From NCBI GenBank assembly GCA_023474425.1, contig JAMCXX010000004.1:1-55185 (forward strand): a DNA stretch of 55,185 nt. Direction: 5' to 3'. The DNA comes from Patescibacteria group bacterium. GTDB taxonomy: Bacteria > Patescibacteriota > WWE3 > JAMCXX01. The position numbers were made by a program, and so were the translations under genes. Below are positions 26,649 to 34,675 of the stretch, piece by piece. The notes beneath the pieces were generated by a model, which saw nothing but the letters and a program-made list of their open reading frames with translations, made no database searches and was not told the origin of the DNA. How positions within the stretch are numbered: position 1 is the stretch's first letter; each line of letters begins with the position of its first letter.

Positions 26649-27356
26649 ATGAAACCAGGAGAACTCTTCTTAAAACTGATACCAAAAATCGGCCTGATTA
26701 TTGCTATCCCTCTTATTATTTACTTTTGGGGGGCGGCTATCGTCTACAACATCGCTAACTTCTGGAAGATCTTTACGCCATCAAATACCGTAACCTTGAG
26801 CCAAAGCACCGATAATCCTGTTCTTCCGCCCCATATTCAACCGCTGCCGCCGGCCGTTAAGGACCCTAAAATAGCCGTTTCCGGCTACGCCCAAGAGGGG
26901 GTGGAGGTAAGGATTTATGTAAACGGCAGTCTTGAGGCAAGCGTTCGAGCCGACAAAGGCGGGCAGTTTTCCTTTGATAGCATTAATCTTAAAGAAGGCG
27001 ACAACCAAATCTACGCCAAGGCGGTTGACTCTCAACGTAACGAAAGTTCTCCATCTCAAACCATCACGGTGAGCTACATTAAGAAACCGCCGTTTTTGGA
27101 CGTGAATAATCTTGGTTCGGACGTTAACGACGTTAAACAGGCCTCCAACGTTTTTAATCTGGTAGGCAAAAGCGACCCTCAAGCCACCATCACCGTTAAC
27201 GGCTTCCAGGTTTTCGTGGACCCTGACGGCAATTTTAGCTACCCCTTAACTCTTAATAAAGGCCAAAACCAAATCACTATCCAGGCCACGGACACCGCCG
27301 GCAACACGACTACCATTAAGAAAATCATTAACTTTACCCAACAACAGCAGTCTTAA
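26649..27356 (+). CDS. Membrane-anchored protein with two Ig-like domains
   Basis: Repeated L.EG.N.I...A.D..GN beta-sandwich motifs. Confidence 0.8.
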   Translation: MKPGELFLKLIPKIGLIIAIPLIIYFWGAAIVYNIANFWKIFTPSNTVTLSQSTDNPVLPPHIQPLPPAVKDPKIAVSGYAQEGVEVRIYVNGSLEASVRADKGGQFSFDSINLKEGDNQIYAKAVDSQRNESSPSQTITVSYIKKPPFLDVNNLGSDVNDVKQASNVFNLVGKSDPQATITVNGFQVFVDPDGNFSYPLTLNKGQNQITIQATDTAGNTTTIKKIINFTQQQQS

Positions 27357-28561
27357 AGAAGGCCCAAAAGAATCCACAACCAAAGCATAATCTGGGGAAA
27401 AAAAAGCGAGTTTATAAACTGACTCTCAAACAGTAATCCGAAGAGAGAAAGGGTTATGGCCAGGCCGGCGGGCGCCCGAATGTTGCTTGTGGAAAGAAAA
27501 AGTATTCTTAACGCCAACAAAAGAAACAGAATTAAACCAACAACCCCGGTGGTTGCCAGAACCAGAAGCAGGCTGGAATCGGAGCCGGCGCCGGCGTGGC
27601 CGCCAACAACAAGCGTTGAATTAAGCCGGGGACCAAAAAAACCAAAATCCTCTTGTGACGTCCGATAAAGATTAAAACCCACCCCGGCAATCGGCGACGA
27701 ACGCCAGACAGCCAGGGCGTGAGACCAGGAAACAAGACGCAATTGGGCGCTGTCGTTAGGATCGGTGATTCCGGCCAGGCGGGTCTGAACCCGCGGCACG
27801 GCAAAGTAGGCCAGAAATCCTATAATACCCGCCAGAAAGATTAAACGGGGTGACCTTAAAAGACTGTAGAGAAATAAAACCGCCGCCAGCAGTAACCAGC
27901 CCGAGCGCGAAAAGGTTAAAAAAATAGCCAAGACCAAAACCGTACCAAGAAAAGCTCTTACTACGTTACTATGTAGTAACGTAGTGAAGCGGTCGGAAAC
28001 CCTTTCACTCATACACAAGAGTAGCGTCAAACTCAAAACCAAATAGGCGGCAGTAAAATTCGGGTCAAGAAAAGTGGAAACCAGTCGGTTCTTGTGAGGG
28101 TCATAGCCAAACTCCGCCGCCAACCGAGCCAAATCTGGATAAACAATCAACTGAACGAAACCGGCCACGGCGAGAACCAACCCGCTTATAATAAGAGCCC
28201 ACAAAACACGCCCAAAGAATTTTGGTGAGCTTCTCTTGAGGTCGAATACGACCAACGCCAGAAAGGCGTAAGCGGCAAAACGGATAAGATAGGCGGCCCC
28301 GTCAATAAAATCGGAGGGAGGCAAGTCTCGGGCGCCGTGAATCAGTGAAATAAGAGCCCAAAAACAGAAAAAGAATAGAAACGGCCAAAAACCGGGCAAA
28401 TCAATTTTTTTATCATTGGACAAAAGCCTGTCAAAAACAAAAACAACTCCAACGATAATAACCAGAATATCCTGCGGGTAAAAATTACCCGAGCCAAAGG
28501 GCAGTTTAATCAACTGACCAAAAAGCCCGGAAAAAATTGTAAGATAAATTAGATATTCCAC
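27353..28561 (-). CDS. O-antigen ligase/Wzy family membrane protein
   Basis: RLVSTFLDPNF, LTFSRSG, R...W..AL...SPIAGVG; multiple TM segments. Confidence 0.88.
   Translation of the reverse strand: MEYLIYLTIFSGLFGQLIKLPFGSGNFYPQDILVIIVGVVFVFDRLLSNDKKIDLPGFWPFLFFFCFWALISLIHGARDLPPSDFIDGAAYLIRFAAYAFLALVVFDLKRSSPKFFGRVLWALIISGLVLAVAGFVQLIVYPDLARLAAEFGYDPHKNRLVSTFLDPNFTAAYLVLSLTLLLCMSERVSDRFTTLLHSNVVRAFLGTVLVLAIFLTFSRSGWLLLAAVLFLYSLLRSPRLIFLAGIIGFLAYFAVPRVQTRLAGITDPNDSAQLRLVSWSHALAVWRSSPIAGVGFNLYRTSQEDFGFFGPRLNSTLVVGGHAGAGSDSSLLLVLATTGVVGLILFLLLALRILFLSTSNIRAPAGLAITLSLFGLLFESQFINSLFFPQIMLWLWILLGLL
27960..27985. repeat. Perfect 12-bp palindrome ACTACGTTACTA-TG-TAGTAACGTAGT inside the ligase gene
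   Basis: Read directly from the sequence; encodes TTLLHSNVV in a loop between TM helices. Confidence 0.8.
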
Positions 28562-30646
28562 TTAAACGGACGAATAAATTTCCATAAGCTCTCCGGTTAT
28601 TTTTTCTTCCCCAAAAGAATTTAAGGCTTTTTTTAAAGCATTTTTACCTAATCTTTCTCTAAGGGATTCATTATTAGCAAGCTTTTCTAAGGCGTTTGTC
28701 AGAGAGTCAGCTGAAGGTGTTACCAAGAGCCCCGTCACCCCATCTTCCACAAACTCTTTAGTACCGCCGGTATTGGTTGCCGCTATCGGCAGACCGGCCA
28801 ACCCTGCCTCAATTACGGCCGTGGCAAAAGGCTCCGGCTCAATCGAGGCCTGAACAAAAATATCAAAAATCTTATACCAAACAGCCGGCTCTTCGCAAAA
28901 GCCGGTAAAAAAAACGCGGTCGGAAAGTCCGCTCTGGCTTACCTTTGCTGCAAGCCTTTCCCGCTCCACCCCCTCGCCAACAAAAACCAGACGGGCCTCC
29001 CTTCCCTCCTTGACCAAAGAGGTAAAGGCGTCTAATAGCAAAAAAGGTCCTTTCCAAAAGACCAGACGGCCCACAAAGCCGATGGTCAAAATTCCTCTGG
29101 TATTCGGCAAACCCAACGACACGGCGGCTATGTCGATGTCTAAATCGCTGACTTGGGATAATCTCTTCTCGAAATCTGAACCTACGTAAACCACTGTGGC
29201 GCGTTTTTCGAGACCGTAGAAATCTTGAACACTTTTCGAAACGCAAACATACCGGCCGACCTTAAAAGCGGTCAGCCGCAAAAGAATTCGGGAATACTCA
29301 AAGTCCCTCAAAATAAGAATAAGTTTTTTTCTCAAGACTAACGAAACCAGAAAACACAGGTAATAAGCCCGTTCGGTATTGGCCGTGAGTATTTCTATGC
29401 CTTCGCGGTTAACCAAGCTAATAAGGTCTAAAAAATCCGCCAGAAAATAAAGAGAAGCTTGCGGCTGCAGAGATTTTAAGCGCGGAAACCGAAGAATTTT
29501 TACTGTCAGACCAAAAACCTCCTCAAAGCGCCGCGTCAGATCTGGGGTGCTGCCTGACAAAACCATAACCGGCCAAAACTTTTGCCTATCCAAAAATTTT
29601 AAGTGACGCAGAAGTGCCAACTGGGCCCCGCCAACGAACGGGGTATGGTCGGCAAAAAGTATCCTAATCCGTCTGGTCTTACTTTCCATTTGACTCGAAA
29701 AACACTCTATAACTTGAGCTCGATATTTAATTTTCCCCAACTGTCTAAAAAAATTGGCCAAGCCGTCAAGGAAAGCAACCCTGCCTCGCTCGCGGCCGCG
29801 GGCAAGATTTAAAAGAAAAATAACCGGCGAGGTTAAAAGTCCTGCGGTGAGCCAAATATAACCCGGCGAAGTTTGGCCGTGATTCAGCTTGAACTGCAAA
29901 ATACTGCCGCCGAGGCTTAAATTTTGAGCCAGGAAACGGCGAAAATTATAACTCGAGAGATGGCGGTTAATTATCGGCAGAAAAACGAGAAAGTAACCCC
30001 GGCTGACCACCCGCTCCTTAAGATCGGCGTCCTCACCGTAGATTGAGGGGACAAACCTTTCATCAAAACCGCCGACCTCGTTAAGAATATCGCGGCGATA
30101 AGCGATGTTGCCGCCAAAAACCGGGTGCTCGTTTATTGAAAACGAGCACCGCTGCGCCTTGGGATAATTCTCATAAACAGATCTCTCGTAAGCGGCAAAG
30201 ATATTTTTAGAGACCAAATCCGGCGGCGGCAAAGTTAAGCCGCCGGCCCCAACCGCGTCCGGATTATCTTTAAAAGCCCGGTCAAATTCGATCAGCCAAT
30301 TTGGCGGCACTGCCACATCGTCATCGGTAAAAACCAGAACGGAACTCAATATTTTTGTTTGACCTCTGTTAACCGCTCTAAGACCAAAGTTGCGCCCTCG
30401 GGCTGCGCCCAAATTACCGAGGTTCGGCTTAAGAAGTGTAAAATTTGCGTCGCTTTGCGAGGCCAAACGTGAAAGATGGTCTATATCCCCGTTGTTAAGC
30501 CCGGAACCGCTGTCTACAATAACGATTTCAAAATTCTCTTTGGGGAAATCCTGACGGCAGAGCGTGGCAAAACATTCAGCAAAAACCGCTCTTCTATCTT
30601 TGTTTTCAACCCCACGGGAAACGACAACTATAATGGAGAAGGTCAT
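28562..30646 (-). CDS. Fused GT2 + GT4 glycosyltransferase
   Basis: N-half has VDSGS, ARGRN.G, FTDDD and GEDADL. C-half has GGAQ, VGRL..WKG and EPFATAVIEA. Confidence 0.88.
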   Translation of the reverse strand: MTFSIIVVVSRGVENKDRRAVFAECFATLCRQDFPKENFEIVIVDSGSGLNNGDIDHLSRLASQSDANFTLLKPNLGNLGAARGRNFGLRAVNRGQTKILSSVLVFTDDDVAVPPNWLIEFDRAFKDNPDAVGAGGLTLPPPDLVSKNIFAAYERSVYENYPKAQRCSFSINEHPVFGGNIAYRRDILNEVGGFDERFVPSIYGEDADLKERVVSRGYFLVFLPIINRHLSSYNFRRFLAQNLSLGGSILQFKLNHGQTSPGYIWLTAGLLTSPVIFLLNLARGRERGRVAFLDGLANFFRQLGKIKYRAQVIECFSSQMESKTRRIRILFADHTPFVGGAQLALLRHLKFLDRQKFWPVMVLSGSTPDLTRRFEEVFGLTVKILRFPRLKSLQPQASLYFLADFLDLISLVNREGIEILTANTERAYYLCFLVSLVLRKKLILILRDFEYSRILLRLTAFKVGRYVCVSKSVQDFYGLEKRATVVYVGSDFEKRLSQVSDLDIDIAAVSLGLPNTRGILTIGFVGRLVFWKGPFLLLDAFTSLVKEGREARLVFVGEGVERERLAAKVSQSGLSDRVFFTGFCEEPAVWYKIFDIFVQASIEPEPFATAVIEAGLAGLPIAATNTGGTKEFVEDGVTGLLVTPSADSLTNALEKLANNESLRERLGKNALKKALNSFGEEKITGELMEIYSSV

Positions 30647-30753
30647 ATCCGCGAATTTAAAATTTGAACTTTGAAATTTTCAATGAATTTTAATTGATTT
30701 AAAGTTTCAAACATTTAAAATTGGGGTTCTGTTATTTCATTTCAAATTGAAAA

Positions 30754-32037
30754 TTACGATTCAGATGATCGAAAACCTTTTAACCCGAAATAAGCCACTA
30801 AAACGAGAATAAGCAACTCCGTGGCGCCGGTCAGCCAAGCACTGGCCATAAAACCGAACTTTGGAATTAAAAGATAATTGGAACAGAAATTAAAAACGGC
30901 CGCGATTAGATAAATAAAGGGAATAATTTTTTGCTGATTTTGAGTAATCATTAAAAAAAGAAAAAGAGCCGAACTAAAAAAAAATGGCAGACCAAAAAGC
31001 AGAACCCTTAGTGCTGTTGGCGCCAAAACAAAACCGCGGCCGCCAATAATTTCGATTATCAGCGGCGAAAAATAAATACCCAGAGCGCCAACCGCAATGG
31101 ACGCGCCAACCATAAAAACCAGTGATGACCAGAAAATCCTACGAAATTTGGGCGCATCAACAGCGTAATTTTTAACCATAAGGGGGTAAACGGCATTCAC
31201 AAAATAGGTGGGGAAAACCAGAATGTTTTCAAAAACCTTATAGGCCAAACCGTAGTTGCCCAAAGCCACATCATTAGTCATCTCAAGGGAGGGAGAAAGT
31301 CTAAGAACCGAAAGCAAAAATTGATCCGATTTGGCCACGACCACTGTTAAAACAATGCCGGCGCCAAGCGGTAATGAAGTCGTGATTATTTTCTTCCAAA
31401 AAGCAAAATCGAAATCCAGAGAAACTTGCCCCGTCACCTGTCCGGCCAAATAAAGAGAAACCGCCGCCACAATGATCGCGCCAAAAGTGTTAGCCGCCAC
31501 AAGAGGCAAAAGGCCAAAACCTTTTTCCACGAGCCACAAAACCAAGGCCAGAAAAGTGAGATTGCCGATAATCGAAGAAACCACTAACTTCTCATAAGAA
31601 AGCGTTGTCTGAAAAATAATGGTGGCGCAGTTATAGACGCTTTGGGAAAAAATGGTCAAGAGCCCAATTAGGATTCCAAAACGGATAACATTGGGATCGG
31701 CCAGCCTAAAGGGAATAAGCGGCACCAGAAAAAAAAGGACCAAAAAAATTACGAGCGCTTCCAAAAGCCGCAGGGTTAAAAGATTGTTAAAATATTTTTG
31801 CGCTTTGGAAAAATCGGCCGATAAATCCCTGGTGGCAATGGCGTTAATCCCAAAATCGGTTAACAGGTAGAAATAGGTGGCAAACCCGGTCATTAAGAAA
31901 AAAGCGCCAAACTCGGCCGCGCCGAAGCGGCGGGCAATAATGGCCGTAGTAATTACCGTGGTGCCGGCAGAAAAAGCTTTGCCCAAAAGCTGGGCGGCGG
32001 TATTGGTAGTAATTTTTCCAACTTCCCGATTTATCAT
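30754..32037 (-). CDS. Polysaccharide flippase (Wzx/MOP family)
   Basis: About 12 TM segments; DFGIN....R, GNYGLAYK, LLIPKFG..ASAW. Confidence 0.9.
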   Translation of the reverse strand: MINREVGKITTNTAAQLLGKAFSAGTTVITTAIIARRFGAAEFGAFFLMTGFATYFYLLTDFGINAIATRDLSADFSKAQKYFNNLLTLRLLEALVIFLVLFFLVPLIPFRLADPNVIRFGILIGLLTIFSQSVYNCATIIFQTTLSYEKLVVSSIIGNLTFLALVLWLVEKGFGLLPLVAANTFGAIIVAAVSLYLAGQVTGQVSLDFDFAFWKKIITTSLPLGAGIVLTVVVAKSDQFLLSVLRLSPSLEMTNDVALGNYGLAYKVFENILVFPTYFVNAVYPLMVKNYAVDAPKFRRIFWSSLVFMVGASIAVGALGIYFSPLIIEIIGGRGFVLAPTALRVLLFGLPFFFSSALFLFLMITQNQQKIIPFIYLIAAVFNFCSNYLLIPKFGFMASAWLTGATELLILVLVAYFGLKGFRSSES

Positions 32038-32090
32038 CGTTAATCTATTATAACTGTTATAATAGTTATATTCCCAAGCCTTTCGAATAC

Positions 32091-32166
32091 GGCCGCTTAG
32101 CTCAGTTGGTAGAGCGCTGCATTCACATTGCAGAGGTCGCTGGTTCGAGACCAGCAGCGGCTACCA
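32091..32166 (+). tRNA. tRNA-Val (CAC)
   Basis: GGCCGCT/AGCGGCT acceptor stem, CTGCA-TTCACAT-TGCAG anticodon arm, GGTTCGAGACC and CCA. Confidence 0.95.
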
Positions 32167-32179
32167 TTTTCTTATTTTT

Positions 32180-32755
32180 ATGATTAAATCGATTGCCTCA
32201 CAACTTTTGGATTTTCTGGAAACAATCGTCCTCGCATTTATTATTTTTATTCTCGTGGACACATTTGTGATGCAGCCGCACGTTATCCGCGGCGACTCCA
32301 TGCTGCCAAACTTTCATACCGGAGAAAGGATTTTTACCGAAAAAATCAGCTATCGATTTCACGATCCGCAACGGGGCGATGTGGTGGTCTTTCGCTACCC
32401 TTTAGCCCCAATTAACGACTACATAAAAAGAATTATTGGCCTGCCCGGCGAAGAACTGGAAATAAAGGACGGAAAAATTACGGTCTTTAACTCCCAACAC
32501 CCGCAGGGCTTTCTTCTGAATGAGCCGTACTTGGCCGCAGGAACCGTCACCCAAGGCAAGGCGGCTATACCGGACGGGGTTAAATTTAAAGTTCCCGAAG
32601 GCCAATACTTGGTTATGGGGGATAATCGTTCGGAAAGTTCGGACTCTAGAGAATGGGGACCTGTACCCAAGGCCAACCTGGTGGGTCGGGTTTTCTTAAG
32701 ATATTGGCCGCCTTCGGCCCTTTCAATTATTTCGGGGTTTACCTACCAAGAATAA
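32180..32755 (+). CDS. lepB: Signal peptidase I
   Basis: GDSMLPN, YIKRIIGLPG, GDNR..SSDSR.WG. Confidence 0.96.
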   Translation: MIKSIASQLLDFLETIVLAFIIFILVDTFVMQPHVIRGDSMLPNFHTGERIFTEKISYRFHDPQRGDVVVFRYPLAPINDYIKRIIGLPGEELEIKDGKITVFNSQHPQGFLLNEPYLAAGTVTQGKAAIPDGVKFKVPEGQYLVMGDNRSESSDSREWGPVPKANLVGRVFLRYWPPSALSIISGFTYQE

Positions 32756-32759
32756 AAGT

Positions 32760-33374
32760 TTAGCGCCTCAAAATCACAAAGCCGGCTATTCCCAGAAAAA
32801 GAAAAAATCCGCCCAATACAAAATATTTTGTCGGACCGGAAAAGGACGACAGCCGGCTTATTAGCAAAGATGCCGCATTAGTCTGGCCGGATGCAGGAAT
32901 CGAAGGCGTTATGGTCCCCGGCGAAACTTTCTGCGTTTCTTCGGACCCGGCCGGTGCCCGGGTTTCAAATTTAATCGTCTGGATTATTTGCGGGTCAAAA
33001 CTCTTGTCGTCGTTGCCTACGAGTTCTACGATTAAGGTGTGCTTGCCGGAGGGTACATCGGCAAAAACATAGGGGTCGGTTTTAGCATATTTAATGGCGT
33101 TGTCATGAGTAGGATTGTCTGCATCCAACCAGAGGTCTAGGTGGCCCTGATTTGGATTGTTACCAAGAAATTGACGGTAATCTTTAAGAGTAAAGTTCTT
33201 TAAGCTGAAATTAAGAGTCACTACATAAGAATTTATCACCTGGCCGTCGGTGGGGCTTTGAATATTGATAAGGGGAACAGGCGCGCCAAAGGCTAGCCTT
33301 TGCGTAGCGAGCAAGATAACACAAAAGGTGGCCAACAAACCCAAAGGCTTAAAATATCTGAGGGAGAGGTACAT
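32760..33374 (-). CDS. Secreted/surface protein with a C-terminal membrane anchor
   Basis: Signal peptide, GHLDLWLD...G.HTL.VELVGND beta domain, and a C-terminal TM helix followed by RR. Confidence 0.75.
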   Translation of the reverse strand: MYLSLRYFKPLGLLATFCVILLATQRLAFGAPVPLINIQSPTDGQVINSYVVTLNFSLKNFTLKDYRQFLGNNPNQGHLDLWLDADNPTHDNAIKYAKTDPYVFADVPSGKHTLIVELVGNDDKSFDPQIIQTIKFETRAPAGSEETQKVSPGTITPSIPASGQTNAASLLISRLSSFSGPTKYFVLGGFFLFLGIAGFVILRR

Positions 33375-33618
33375 TACCTAAATTCTAAAACCCTTTCTTG
33401 CCTAATTGCAAATCTCTGCGATTAAGCTTGAGCCTTTGTAAAAATTTGTTTTCTTATTCCACTATTCGTTCGAATTAGAGAATATAGATTTACATGTTTA
33501 CGCTCAAGCACCAACCGGAGTTGAAAAGAGCGTAATTAACTCGAACTATAAAAGTATATCGCTTCCGGTTTGATTTTTCAGTTAAATACCTTGAAAAATT
33601 ACCTTAATGTTCAAAGTT

Positions 33619-34260
33619 TCAGAGTGATAAACCCAGTAAAGCCTTCTTAATTGTAACGGTGTTGTCATTAATTTCACTAACGTGGATATTAATATTTCGC
33701 TGTAACTGTTCTTCTATTTTACGACACGCACGAACTAAGTTTTCAAAATCAGGTCTACCAGAATATTTAGGCATCCTGTCTTTAACGTCATTAATTCTTT
33801 CCTCTAACGTCCCAATGCCGAAAGGGAGAGTTCTTAAATCAGCATAGTACAAAATTTTCAGCGGCCAGTTATTTGAATTTTTTGTTTCAATCGAACTACC
33901 GAAACTTTTTTGAAGAATTGCCTTTATCATCTCGTCTTCTACACCAATCTCCAGGAGCATTTGTTTTGTAGCTTCGTGATCATCCGACCCGTATCTTTTA
34001 ACAATTTTCCCCTGGACCTTTTTCCAATGCTGTACATTTGATTCCTCCTCTCCAAGAAATTCCGGATGTTTGTCTAAATCAAATTTCACCGTATTTCCCA
34101 AATCGTGAAGTAATGCCATTTTTTTAGTGAAATTCCAATCAATAATTTCTTTTCCCCGCCAATGTTTTTGGAAAAACTCAACGATACCGCAAACTCTTAA
34201 CATGTGGTCTTGAAGATTGGGGGTTATTCCGTATTCTTCGTAGATTTCACTGATCTTCAT
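33619..34260 (-). CDS. HD-domain protein
   Basis: H..RV, ALLHDLGN, YADLR. The gene is AT-rich. Confidence 0.85.
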   Translation of the reverse strand: MKISEIYEEYGITPNLQDHMLRVCGIVEFFQKHWRGKEIIDWNFTKKMALLHDLGNTVKFDLDKHPEFLGEEESNVQHWKKVQGKIVKRYGSDDHEATKQMLLEIGVEDEMIKAILQKSFGSSIETKNSNNWPLKILYYADLRTLPFGIGTLEERINDVKDRMPKYSGRPDFENLVRACRKIEEQLQRNINIHVSEINDNTVTIKKALLGLSL

Positions 34261-34313
34261 GTTAATTTATGTATGTAATTTATTAGTAACTTTATACCCA
34301 TTCCTGTCACTTC

Positions 34314-34356
34314 TGGAACCGGAGAGAGAAATCGAACCTCCAACCTAGTGTTTACG
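34314..34356 (-). pseudogene. Degenerate 3'-half tRNA-Thr-like fragment (att-site-like)
   Basis: The minus strand reads CGTAAACACTAGGTTGGAGGTTCGATTTCTCTCTCCGGTTCCA (anticodon, T-loop, CCA), 13 bp downstream of tRNA-Thr. Confidence 0.7.
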
Positions 34357-34369
34357 CATAAACCACTAC

Positions 34370-34445
34370 TGGAGCCGCCTCTCGGGATCGGACCGAGGAC
34401 CTACTGTTTACGAAACAGTCGCTCTACCAACTGAGCTAAGGCGGC
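34370..34445 (-). tRNA. tRNA-Thr (CGT)
   Basis: GCCGCCT/AGGCGGC acceptor stem, ACTGT-TTCGTAA-ACAGT anticodon arm and CCA. The T-loop is TCCGATC. Confidence 0.95.
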
Positions 34446-34511
34446 TTACTGTCACCATTCTACTAAATTTGTACCTAAACTTTAACTCTTGCTGCTGACA
34501 TACTCGCATAA

Positions 34512-34601
34512 CGTCATTCCGAGTCCGGCTCAGCCGGAGTCCCGAAGAATCTCTACTGTTGAGATCCTTCTCCCGACGTAGAGGTCGAGATCAAGATGAC
34601 G
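34512..34601. repeat. CGTCAT...ATGACG REP-like palindromic element
   Basis: Terminal inverted repeat; shares TCCGGCTCAGCCG with the 39622 element. Confidence 0.85.
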
Positions 34602-34675
34602 GGTGAGGTCCATACCTGTTCGTGGAGAAAGTTCGTGGAAAGCCTCCATTATGAATATGTTAAGATTAAAATGTT

